Part shown: positions 36,752-48,102 of the stretch, piece by piece | Position numbering within the stretch: position 1 is the first letter of the stretch | Layout of the letters: the number at the start of each line of letters is the position of its first letter | NCBI RefSeq assembly: GCF_001447785.1 | Contig: NW_015169845.1 | Coordinates: forward strand, 118,872-182,871 | DNA from: Gekko japonicus | Lineage: Eukaryota | Direction of reading: 5' to 3' | Length of the DNA stretch: 64,000 nt | Translations under genes and position numbers: made by a program | Notes under the pieces: generated by a model | The model's database searches: none | What the model was told of the DNA's origin: nothing | Seen by the model: only the letters and a program-made list of their open reading frames with translations

Positions 36752-37258
36752 AGAAGAAGAAGAGATTGGATTTATATCCCGCCTTTCACTACCTGAAGGA
36801 GTCTCAGAGTGGTTTACAATCTCTTTTCCCTTCCTCTCTCCACAACAGAGACCCTGTGAGGGGGGGGGGCAGAGAGAGCCTGTAGTGATTCCTTGTTTTA
36901 GTGTGTGTGTGTCTTTAAATGTTTGGTTGGAGTGCAGTGCTAGAAGAGTAGAGTGATAGAGGGAGACGAGTGTGCTGTGATTGGAGGATGACAGCGTGGA
37001 GTTTTTGAAGTGAATTTGTGTGTGAATATACATGTATATTTTTGTATGTTTTATAATTAGATTTTTAGAGTTGGCCCTCTTCTATTCTTGACTAACCTTT
37101 TTAGGTTCTGAATCCTAGGTTTAGGTTCAGTCTTTTCCCCCTTTTTTCTTCTTTGACCCAAGGTCACACCAGCAGCTGCATGTGGAGGAATGGAGATTCA
37201 AACCCGGTTCTCCCAGATTAGAGTCCCTGCTCCTAATCACTACACCAAACTGGCTCTC
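36752..37258 (-). mobile_element. tRNA-headed SINE interrupted by about 290 bp of unrelated sequence
   Basis: Tail half at 36752-36860 and head half at 37152-37258. Confidence 0.65.
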
Positions 37259-37282
37259 AATAGAACACTTAAGAGTTGAGTC

Positions 37283-38000
37283 CAGGAGCATCTTAGAGGT
37301 CAAGAAGATTGATATGCATGGGATAGAGCAGGTAGGGANNNNNNNNNNNNNNNNNNNNNNNNNNNNNNNNNNNNNNNNNNNNNNNNNNNNNNNNNNNNNN
37401 NNNNNNNNNNNNNNNNNNNNNNNNNNNNNNNNNNNNNNNNNNNNNNNNNNNNNNNNNNNNNNNNNNNNNNNNNNNNNNNNNNNNNNNNNNNNNNNNNNNN
37501 NNNNNNNNNNNNNNNNNNNNNNNNNNNNNNNNNNNNNNNNNNNNNNNNNNNNNNNNNNNNNNNNNNNNNNNNNNNNNNNNNNNNNNNNNNNNNCGGGGGG
37601 TTACCCGCCCCCCGGGCACATTTGGTAACCCTAGTTAGAATGGATAAAAGGAAGTACTTCTTCACCCAAAGAGTGATTAACACTTGGAATTCACTGCCAC
37701 AGGAAGTGGTGGCGGCTACAAGCATGGACGGCTTCAAGAGGGAATTAGATAGGCATATGGAGCAGAGGTCCATCAGTGGCTATTAGCCACAAGGTATAGA
37801 TAGGGGCTCTGGGGCAAGTGATGCTCTGTCTTCTTGGTGCTTGGGGGGGATCAACAGTGGGAGGGCTCCTAATGTCCTGGCCCCACTGGTGGACCTCCTG
37901 ATGGCACCTGCTACTTTTGGCCACTGTGTGACACAGTGTTGGACTGGATGGGCCTTTGGCCTGATCCAACATTGGCGTCTCTTATGTTCTTATGTTCTTA
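37283..38000 (+). mobile_element. CR1 3' fragment spanning an assembly gap (N 37339-37593)
   Basis: Matches the 15793 and 23313 copies; (ATGTTCTT)n tail. Confidence 0.85.
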
Positions 38001-38001
38001 T

Positions 38002-38644
38002 TTTCAGGGTAGAATATTTTGAGAGTCAATGCCCCCTTCGGCAGACACAACTAGGAATGGGCTCTCAAAAGCTTCTACCCTGGAAATCTTCTTGGCCTCT
38101 AACTTGCTCCTGGACTCGAGTTTAACTGTTCTGCTGGAGACCTGGCATGGCTGCCGTCTGAAACGAATTTTAAATAGGTTGTTCTTTGTTTTTGGGCCTT
38201 TCTGGTGTGTGTGCGCATGTGTCCCCAGGATAGAGGCCAAGAAGTGTTCAATCTTTCAAGTGCCTGTCAGTTAACACTGCCATTCTTTGGAATATGTGGT
38301 GGGGGGGGAGATCCTCCTCTCCTCTGCCTGGTACACTAACGATGTCTGCTGTCTGGATTGTTAACTGCTTTTGCTTTTCTGACCTTGGGTATTCCAGCTG
38401 CTCCTGACTAGCTGGGAACAAAGGGCTCTGTTTTACCCGCTCTCTTTTCTGCGCGCACGCGCACAGCGCTTATTGGCTTCTGCTTGTAACGGGAGTGTTT
38501 TGAAACTAGTGTAATTCAGGGTGCCCTGCTGCTTTGGGCCATTCCTGACAAAAGAAGTTCACGTGTCATAGTTATGAACTACCAATAAACAGAATTCTTC
38601 TTGTGAAGCGCTGTGTGGTGTGATCTGACTGTCGAACCCTGACA
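38002..38644 (+). mobile_element. Probable solo LTR
   Basis: T(T)TCAGGGT..ACCCTGACA inverted ends and AATAAA at 38584. TSD not verifiable because a CR1 tail abuts the left end. Confidence 0.55.
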
Positions 38645-38744
38645 GTGCCAGATGAGGCTTCATTCAGGCCCGTTTGATTTTGGTTCTGTTGACTGACTTG
38701 GGTGGCATGATTCCCCCCTCCCCCCCGTTTCTCATACTAGTGGT

Positions 38745-39145
38745 CAGGGGTCATTTCCTGCCGGAGCGCACACGAGCGGAGCTCTGGCAGTAAAGAGCCC
38801 AAGGGGTGGGCACATGCAACAAGCCCCACCCCCTGCTCCCACAGCCCTCAGTCAGAGCAAGAAGCAGCCAGGTAAGTTGGAGAGCCCCCCCCTGCCCCCC
38901 GGTCCAAAACACTCCAGTGGCGCCTTTAAGACCAAGTTTTATTCAGGTACAAGCTCTCCCTCCTCTGCAAGGACAAATTTGCACGTCCCCCCCAAAAAAA
39001 AAGCTAGCAATCCAAAACAGTCCAGTGGAGCCTGAGCGGTGGGTGTTGCCTTCTGACACGCTTCTGGTGATGACAGGGGGTGTGGCATATGCAAATAAGT
39101 TATGCTAATGAGCTCCTGCACCTCTTTTCTACGAAAGGACCCCTG
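38745..39145. mobile_element. Non-autonomous hAT-like element (inverted sister of 2996-3411)
   Basis: TIR CAGGGGTC..GACCCCTG and TSD CTAGTGGT/CTAGCGGT. Confidence 0.88.
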
Positions 39146-39146
39146 C

Positions 39147-39390
39147 TAGCGGTTAGAAATGATTAATGGAGAATAAGTCTACCGGCCATGGTGACTAAAG
39201 GGAACCTCCACAATCAGAGGCAGTGAACCTCTGACTCCCAGTGCCAAGAGGCAACCTCAGGGGAAGGCCTCGGCCTCTATGGCCTGTTGTTGGCCCTCCA
39301 GAGGAACTGGGTGGCTACTGTGTGAGACAGGATGCTGGACTCAATGGACCACTGGTCTCATCTAGCAAGGCCCTTTTTATATTCTTATAT
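39147..39390 (+). mobile_element. Old CR1-like 3' end
   Basis: GATGCTGGACT..GGACCACTGGTCT..TTCTTAT; homologous to 44715-44960. Confidence 0.6.
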
Positions 39391-39769
39391 GTAAGATTTC
39401 TGGAAATTTTAATTGATTAATTTTATCCTAGGTATTTATACCCTGCTTTTTCTGCCTGAAAGGAACGCAAAGTGGCTCAGAACATGATTCTCCCCTCCTC
39501 CACACACACACACACACCCCGCTCTGCCACGGAAGCTCCCCAGGTCACCCTCTTTCTTGGCCTCACGGGGGGGTGTCGTTGTGAGGATAAAACGGAGATG
39601 GGGAGAACAAGCAAATCAGCAGTGCTGGTCAGGGTTGACAGCAAATATTTATTTGTGTGCTTCATTTCTAGTCTACCTTTCTTGCGGCGACTCAGGCCAG
39701 GGTACATTTAAAATAATGCAACAGGGATAGTCCAATTAATTAATTAATTCGGTCAGCTAACCACTTGCC

Positions 39770-39920
39770 ATGCCCTGGGTGCCTCAGGCTAGTCTGATCT
39801 TGGAATCTAAGCCGGGTTGGCCATGGTTAGTACTTGGATGGGAAACCACCCAGGAAGCCCAAAGTTGATATGCAGAGGCAGGCAGTGGCAAGCCACCTCT
39901 GTTCCTCTCTTGCCTTGAAA
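39770..39920 (+). mobile_element. 5S rRNA-derived SINE
   Basis: GTCTGATCTTGGAATCTAAGC..GGTTAGTACTTGGATGGGA followed by a GCAGAGGCAGGCAGTGGCAAGCCAC tail. Confidence 0.7.
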
Positions 39921-41535
39921 TTCCAATTCCAATAACTTTTATTGGCATAACCTCTTGTCTTGAAAACCATATGTTAGTTGGGACTTGCCGTATGTTAGAT
40001 GGGACTTGACGGTACTTCCCACCACAGCCCTCTGAAAAGCCTGAGCCCTTAAAACCATTCTTAACTGATGCCACAACAGTGCCAGGTAGGAAAGGTAACA
40101 GGGAATTCAGTTCCTAATCAAGGCTTGAAAATAGGGAAGCCAGGCTCCAGGTGGGACCTAAGGGGCCCCCTGGAATTACGACTCATCCCCAGACTACAGA
40201 GATCAGTACCCCTGGAGAAAATCAATGCTTTAGAGGGTGGAGTCTCTGGTATTGTACTAGAAAAAGCCAAAAGAAAAAAAAAAACAAGTTTCAGCTCCTC
40301 CACACCAGCTTCTACTGAAAAGAAACTTTCTGGATTTCCACTTTGGGCACCCTGTCGCCACATGGATTAAATGAAGAGATTGACTGGTTATGTTAGTTCT
40401 GGTTTTTTATATGCTCTTTATGTTTCATCACCCATAATGTTATATACAATTCCCCCACCACCATCTTCGACCATTCAGACAGTTAGATACCCCTCTCTCC
40501 CTCCCCCTCCTTCTATGTTTTCCCCTCCCCTCCCTTCCCTTCTCTAGCCCTCCCTTCTAACATTTGAAGCTGCATTGCATAATTGGTTAGGATTGCACCT
40601 ATATTACACCTTCTTTTAACATCTGGCATCTGTTTCACACATGAACACACTCTGGGAACTGAATTATGGCCCAGAACAGAACTGTATGTGCAAACTTCTA
40701 GAAATACTTTTATTGGAGCATATGCAATGTTACTTAATATTTTAATCCAGCTATGCATTCATGTTATGCCATTGATTTCATTTATAGAATGGTGGTTCCA
40801 ATGGACTGAAGGCTCCTCAGTATATACAGAATTGACTTAAGAAGACCATTGCTAGGAGCTTCACTTTTTTAGTGTAAGTAGCTACCATTCTGTATGAATA
40901 TATTTTTTAAAAACATTCTTTTTGAGATAAGGCAGTATATGATTTTATTACATCAGTATCTTTTATTAATTTCAGAACTCATACACTACCAACCACACCT
41001 GAAAAAATGTTCTATATTTTATAATGACATTGTTACAGTTTTGTGTCTAAAGAAGTTCCTTTGGGCTGAAACATGTTCTTTGGGTCCTTTGGTTAAAATA
41101 CACGTGTTGCCATTGTTTTGATTCTTTGTTGTTGGAAGTGCAACTTCACCTTGTTGCTGTATATTATGACCGGAGTGTTTAGTGGTATCCTGTGTGGGAC
41201 ATTTTTAATACTAAGATTCTGTGCACTGTGTAATACATATTTATATTTTATTTTATTTTCTAGTCGCTCAAGCTTTTGGTTCCTGACATTCTGTGGTAGT
41301 GTACCCCACTGAGGTCCCTGTCCTCCTCAGGCTCCATGCCCAAATTTCCAGGGGTTTCTCAACCTAGATCTGGCAACTTTACCTCCCCCCATCCTCCACT
41401 GGTGGACGGGGGTACCTGGAAACCCTATTTCACAACAATGCAGGCCCTGGCCTTAGCAGCCACAGGCCCCTCACCTCTGAATTTACAACAAATGTCTTAA
41501 AAGAGCTATAATACATATATATTAAAAGTAGTCTT

Positions 41536-42240
41536 GGAACATTAGCCACACTACAGAGATGGAAGATAGGTGGATTTTCCGGGCGTTATCTCACCGGCAC
41601 ATCTGGGAAGCGTAGCGCTCCCGTGGGTCACCCGAGGCTTCCCGCCGAAGACGCGCAGCAAAAAACTAGTACCTCGGAGGTACTAGTTTCCGGAAACCGC
41701 GGGGCAAGGGCAGGCATCTGATCGCGTTTCTGGTGGCTTCCGGCGCCCGCCCATGTCCCCTCGCAAAAAGCTTTCCCCCCCCAAGTCTCCATGGATGCGC
41801 ACAAGCACCCAACGGAGCATGCGCATACTTCAGTGTACAGGGGGAAAAACCCGTTTGCCCTGGAGGAAGGTGAAGAGGCAACCGCTTGTCCAACCGTCCC
41901 CAGGAGCCGCACAGAAGGCAGCTCAGAGTCGCCCAGAGCAGCGACCCCCCCCCCTCCGGGAGACTTGCCTTTCGGTTTCATTGTCAGGACTCAAGCTCCT
42001 TCTTCCCCACCCCTTGGCCACGTCCCTTTCTCCCTTCTCCCACCGAGTGCCCTTCTGGGACATGTAGTCCGTTTCAGCCGCTTCTTTGCCGCATGGTCAT
42101 GTGATCGGCACCTCCCCCCTATACACGGGACCTTTACGGGACCTCCAGGAGACGTCTGATCGCGCAACCGCGCCTTATTTTGCCCCGGGGCTAACAGCTA
42201 CGCTTCCCCCCCGCATTTTCCTGCCCGTGTGACTGGAGCC
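41536..42240. mobile_element. CpG-rich non-autonomous DNA element (Harbinger-like)
   Basis: Right end CCGTGTGACTGGAGCC, internal palindrome AAACTAGTACCTCGGAGGTACTAGTTT, related copies at 30016 and 32505. Confidence 0.6.
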
Positions 42241-42301
42241 CTTGTTTCTCTTTTAATTGGGATTTCTTTTCTAATCCAGAAGCTGCTGCTAGGAATAAAA
42301 A

Positions 42302-43000
42302 ATGGAGGGCCGGGTCTCTTCAGGGCCCAAATCAGAGGAGTCACTGAAAGTAGAAGGAAAGGACCCTCATGTTGCCCAGGTGGGAACCATCCAGGAGTTT
42401 CTGCCTGGGTCTGCCCCACAGCCCATCAAGCAAGAGGGGGGGCTGCAGCAGTGGGAATCCCAGTGGCGGGAGTTCCTGAAGACTATGCAGCTTCCACACT
42501 CGGGACGAGAGTGCCACCAGTCAGCTCCGGCCTGGTCGGAGGAGGACACCCAGGACTTCCTGGTATCTTTCAAGGGAGTAACTTGTGCCAAACGACGGCT
42601 TAAAGGAGCGCCTGCAGCCCAAATTTTACCAGGACTCCCTGAAGAAGCCCAAGAAGGCCTCATTTCTTCTGTGGAAGTGAAGGGAGAGATTTTGGAAGAG
42701 GAAGAGGGCAACCTGGAGACGCAACGCCAGCGGTTCAGGCAGTTCCGCTACCAGGAGATGGAGAGTCCCCGAGAGGTCTGTGGGCAGCTCCGGGAGCTTT
42801 GCCATCAGTGGCTGAAGCCTGAGCAGCACACCAAGGAGAGAATTCTGGAGCTCCTGATCCTCGAGCAATTTGTGGTTATCTTGCCCCAGGAAACGCAGAG
42901 CTGGGTCAGGGAATGTAATCCAGAGACCTGCACCCAGGCGGTGGCCCTGGTCGAGGGTTTCTTGCTAAGGCAGGAAGAAGATGAAAAACAGGAGGAGGAG
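42302..43000 (+). CDS. Gene D SCAN exon with degenerate extended N-terminus (233 codons)
   Basis: [50 protein letters not shown]; acceptor at 42279, donor gtgaga. Confidence 0.93.
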
Positions 43001-43055
43001 GTGAGAGAGGTCCTGAGGGGGAAAGGATGGCCATTGTGTTGCGAATGTAGGAAAG

Positions 43056-43500
43056 TGGGGGTTGCCTGACTAGTGTTGGGAAATACCTGGAGATTTTGGG
43101 GGTGGGGTCTGGGGAGGCCGCGGTTTAGGGAGAGGAGCAATCTCAAGAGGTCCTAATGCACAGAGTCCCCCCTTCAAAGCAGCCATTTTCTCTCTCCTGC
43201 CAACCGGCAGGGGGTGAGGGAGACTTACCAGGAGAAAGAGGAAAGCCCAGGCCATGTCACTGGAATTGCACAGGAAATGATATCATCATGCCAGTGACAT
43301 CTGAGCAACACAGGTATTTGGGCAAAAACTCTATGGTAAAAACAGCTTCTACCATAGAGTTTGTGCCCAAATACCAGAGCATCACCCCGACATTACTGAC
43401 ATGATTATGTCACTTCCTGTGCAAAGACATGGTCTGGGCCTTCCTCTTTTTCCTGATAAGTCTTCCCTGTCGGCCAGCTGATCAGCAGCTGGTAACCCTA
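43056..43500. mobile_element. GGGTTGCC-type MITE with long internal palindrome
   Basis: GGGTTGCC..GGTAACCCTA ends; palindrome centred near 43342. Confidence 0.65.
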
Positions 43501-43504
43501 TTGA

Positions 43505-44212
43505 ACAAATAGGAAGCTGCCTTATAATTAATCAGACCCTTGGTCCGTTAAAGTCAATATTGACTACTCAGACAGGCAGCAGCTCTCCAGGGCCTCAGGC
43601 AGAGGTCTTTCACATCATCTACTGGCCAGTTCTTTTAACTGGAGATGCCAGGGATTGGGCCTGGGACCGTCTGCATGCCTAGCAGATGTCCTACCACTGA
43701 GCCTCAGCCCCTCCCTGATGTTTGGGTCCTCTTCAGAAAGGAGTGGGGTAAGGGAGAAAATTACTTGGCCCAGCCTTTTGGGCGCTTGGAAGAAAAGACC
43801 TGTGGGATTGCTATAAAGATTCCTCTACCCAACATCTCGTTTCAGGAGGTGACTAGCCAAAAAGCCTACAGGCAAGGTATGAGGGTACCAACCCCCCATT
43901 CTTGGCCCTCAGTGTCTGGTAGGGCAAAGGTATATTGCCACTGTACATGGAGGTTCCATTCTTGGTTCTCATAATGAATTGAGATGATGTGTGTATTTGG
44001 TTTTCACATGAACACATGAAGCTGCCTTATACTGAATCAGACCCTTGGTCCATCAAGGCCAGTATTGTCTACTCAGACTGGCAGTGGCTCTCCAGGGACT
44101 CAGAGGGAGGTCTTTCATGTCACCAACTACTTGATCATGTTAACAGGAGATGTCGGGGATTGAACCTGAGTCCTTCTGCATGCCAAGCTGATGTTTAACC
44201 ACTGAGCCATGC
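43505..44212 (-). mobile_element. Two tRNA-headed SINEs with CR1-like tails (about 43510-43715 and 44005-44210)
   Basis: GAAGCTGCCTTATA..CCACTGAGCC consensus, present twice. Confidence 0.75.
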
Positions 44213-45688
44213 CCAGGGGGGACAGACAAGGAATCTAGAAATTACTGGAAACGCTATGGTAAAACCAGTTCTTACCATACAGTTTCTGGCAATTCCTAGA
44301 GCTACCCTTTATCACTTCTGAGTAGCTCTAGGAATTGCCAGGAAATCTATGGAAGAACTTCCTATAAGTAGATGAGGCCTTATTTTTCTTTTTACTTTTG
44401 CTCCTCCTCCTGCTTCCAGCAGCAACAGGCAACAGGGCCTTGAGGATGGCTGATACCCTGTCTCCACCAGGGTTTAGCAGCCCTAGTCTTCCTGCATTTT
44501 CCCTGCCCCAGTCCCTTGCAATGGCCATCCCTCCCTGGAGCACCACTGGGGGGCTTTGTCAGGTTTTTTTGGGGTGGGGTGGGGTAAATCAGTCATTACA
44601 TATTGTAAAAGCATTTTAATGTTATGTAATGTTATACTGATCTGTGTGTAAGGTTCTCTGAATTGTCAGCTTTCATTTATTTTATGGAAGTTTCTAGCTC
44701 CTTTTGTTGTTCTTTAAAAGGGGATTAGATAGATTCATGGATTCATAAATCCTTGTCTATCAGTGGCTACCAGCTATGGTGGCTGAGGGGAACCTCCACA
44801 TTCAGAGGTACTAAACTTCTGAATCCCAGAGCCAGGAGGCAACATCAGGCGAAGGCCTCAGCCTCTATGCCCAGAGGAACTGGTTGGCCACTGTGTGAGA
44901 CGGGAGGCTGGACTAGATGGACCAGTGGTCTCATCTAGCAAGGCTCTTCTTATGTCCTTAAATGTAAGATTTCTGGAAATGGTAATTAATTAATTTTATC
45001 TTAGGTAAGCAACCCGGTTGTAAGTGATCATAGTTAAACATCAGCCTCTGATCTGCTGAATAACAGCTGAAATATTCAGCCACAACAGCCCATCTTGTTG
45101 GCTCGTTCCAAGGTTTCCTAATGTAAGATTGCTGGGAAATTTAGTTAACATAGCTGAGTTTTTGCACAGTCATAGAAGCTTGACACTGCGTGCAGTAAAT
45201 AATCCCCCAAGAAGTATATTGCAATAAAGGCAAATTTACATTTATTCAAGTAGATTCAGTTCACATTCAGGTTGCCGTCAAAAAGAGAGGGAGAAAGCTA
45301 ATCTAAAGGGTACTTTTCCTATCACGAATGGCCAGTTTGTCCAGCATCATGTGCGTGGGAGTATGAGGGCCTTGTCTCTACAAGAGAGACCTGCAGAGAC
45401 ATCTGTCTCCATGGAAGGCCATGTGAAGAGAGGGAGAGGAGGAGTCAGAGGGCAGCTCCCAGGTGAAGACAAAGAGAGGCATCCTATTCAAGGACATAAC
45501 GCTTATACACACTTAGAATGATGTAGGGCCTCCCAATGTCAACGCATGATCACTCCAACAAATATTACATGTTTTGAATGTTCAAAAGGGCTTTGTAAAT
45601 ATTATCATTACAGGCCCTGCCTTTGGGGAATGGAGCAGGCAATCCAGTCCCGACTGCGCCTGAGGACTCTTTTTCCTTTGTGTTTCAG

Positions 45689-45815
45689 ATACTGGGGCCT
45701 GTGGAGGAAGTGACTGTTCATTCCCCTAAATCTGAGCAGGATCTGTCTGATGTCATGAAGACACAGTTCTCCATGGAAACCAAGCCAGAGGGTGATGTGG
45801 AGGAGAGAATTCTGG
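45689..45815 (+). CDS. Gene D exon 2, 127-bp KRAB-A-sized degenerate exon
   Basis: tgtttcag/gtaaga, phase 0 to 1, ILGPVEEVTVHSPKSEQDL..RILG. Confidence 0.85.
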
Positions 45816-46414
45816 GTAAGAGTTAGGGCCTGAATCCTAAACCACCTGTGGCCAGAGTATCTGAAGTGATCACCTGCTCCCATACCCAATTGTTACGATT
45901 CGCATTAGGGGTCCTGGTTTGGGGTCCCCCATCTTGGGAGGCAAGGTGGCTGTCTACCACGTATGGGGCCTTCCTGAACACCCCATCTGAGGAACTCCTC
46001 CTTGTCTATCCGCCTAGTGCCATCTGTTATGGCTTTTAAGAACTAGGTGAGAGTTGTTTTTTATTTGGGCTTTTAATGAGGTGTGATTTTTTTTTTTACT
46101 TCATTTATACCCACCTTTCTCCTCAGTGGGGATCCAAAGCAGGTTAGATTGTTCTCCGCTGTTTTGTCCTCACGACAACCCTGAGAGGTAAGTGAGGCTA
46201 AGCCTGTGCAACTGGCCCCAGATCCCCCAGCAAGCTTCCATAGCAGAGTAGGGATTCGAACCCAGATCTCCCAGATCCTAGTTCAACACTCTTGACTGCT
46301 ACACCCCACTGACTCTCTGATCCCTGTCTGAATAAAACTTTCAGGTGAGTAGCTGTGTTGGTTTGAAGTAGCAGAACAAAGTTTGAGACCAGTGGCACCT
46401 TTAAGACCAACAGT

Positions 46415-47600
46415 CTTGTCTTGGGAGACTTCAGCGCCCATGCTGACAAGGTCGCAGCGACACAAACCAAGGACCTGGTGTTCTCCATGGCAACGCTGGG
46501 ATTCTCCCAGATTGTATCAGGTCTCTCACACCAATCAGGCCACACATCGGATCTGATCTTTGGTGCAGGAGTTGATGTAGATCGGATAACTAAAGAAGAC
46601 GCATCATGGTCAGATCATGTTGCCCTGAAGGCCCATTTGAGCATCCCATCCCCCACCTGCATAGGGGACAAGCTGATTTAGGCTGGCCCGCAGAGACTTA
46701 TGGGCCCATTTGGGTTCCAGAATGCTCCCTGGGATCCGATGCCCCCTGGTGACTCATTAGATGAGCTGATAGACTAGAATCTCTGTTTCTCTGAAGCCAT
46801 TGACGAAATTGCCACACACACCCCAACGTCCTCTCTGCCCCTGGATGAACCAGAAGCTGAGAGGGCTAGCGTGAGTTTGGAGATGATCTTATGATGAAGC
46901 AGCAAGAACATCTTATAGGATGCTTATGAAAGCCTATGAGGTGGCGGTGAAGACCGCAGAGAAGGAATTCTGTGCAGCCTCCATCACATCCACAAGCTCA
47001 CTCCCGGTACAATTGTTTAGAGAGCCAGTTTGGTGTAGTGGTTAAGTGCACGGACTCTAATGTGGGAGAACCAGGTTTGATTCCCCACTCCTCCACTTGC
47101 AGCTGCTGGATGACCTTGGGCAAGCCATAGTCAGAGCTTTCTCAGCCCCACCTACCTCACAGGGTGTCTGTTGTGGGGAGGGGAAGGGAGAGTTTGTAAG
47201 CCACTCTGAGACTCTGGGTGAATGGTGGGGTATAAATCCAATCGCTTCTTCTTCTGCTTTAGAATAAATAGATTACTAACCTCCTTAACTGAGAGGACCC
47301 AAAATGTTAGTGAATTGGATGTTAGCTGCGAGGCTTTTGTGAGGTTTTTGCAGATAAGATGGTGTTGCTTCGCGAAGATCTGCCTGCCAGTATTGTACTG
47401 ACCTTTAAAGCCCTAAATGGTCTGGGGCCAGCACATCTGTGGGACAGCCTCTCCTGGTACATCCCCCAAAGAGCTCTATGCTCAGCCAATGACAACCAGT
47501 GATCCCTGGGCTGAAAGTGATCTGGCTATCTTACTAGGAACAGGGCCTTTTCAGCCATGGCCCCTACCTGGTGGAACTCTCTGTCTAGTGAGCCCAGGAT
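46415..47600 (+). mobile_element. Decayed L2 LINE fragment
   Basis: LGDFSAH..HQSGHTSDLIF..WSDH endonuclease motifs; 3' L2-like sequence after a deletion. Confidence 0.75.
47020..47254 (+). mobile_element. tRNA-headed SINE nested in L2
   Basis: GAGAGCCAGTTTGGTGTAGTGGTTAAG head and (CTT)n tail. Confidence 0.85.
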
Positions 47601-48102
47601 GTTATGTACTCTCATTGATATTTTAATATTGTAAGCAGCTGAGAGGATTCATCTTTAAAAATCAGTGTATAAATATTTTCAACAGAATTACAAAGCTTTT
47701 AAGGAGCTCAGTAGGAAAGAGACCCTAGTTCAGAGGGTTGAGTACTTCCTTTGCATGCAGACATTTCAGGTTCCATCCTTGGCATCTTGAGTTAAATTAT
47801 CACCAGCAATAGGGAAATCCCTCCTTACCTGACTTGGCATAAGGCAGGATCATATATTGATATATTTTAAAAAATAAGATTTTTTTTAAAAGAGATGCAC
47901 TTCACTTTATTGGCTACACATGAAGCTGCCTTACACTGAAATCAGACCTCTTGGTCCATCAAAGTCAGTACTGTCTACTCAGACCAGCAGTGGCTCTCCA
48001 GGGTCTCAGGCAGAGGTCTTTCACATCACCTACTGGAGATACCACAGCCTGAGCTCTTTAAAGGTTCTGTCTTGTATGACTCATATGTTTTTTCTGTGCC
48101 AG

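Noticed and set aside
45019-45560. Possible solo LTR (TGTAAGTGATCAT..ATGATCACTCCAACA)
   Set aside because: Imperfect ends and no target-site duplication; too weak to list.
47020-47095. tRNA-like heads (also 20230, 27715, 36000, 51121)
   Set aside because: They continue into SINE bodies and have no complete cloverleaf.
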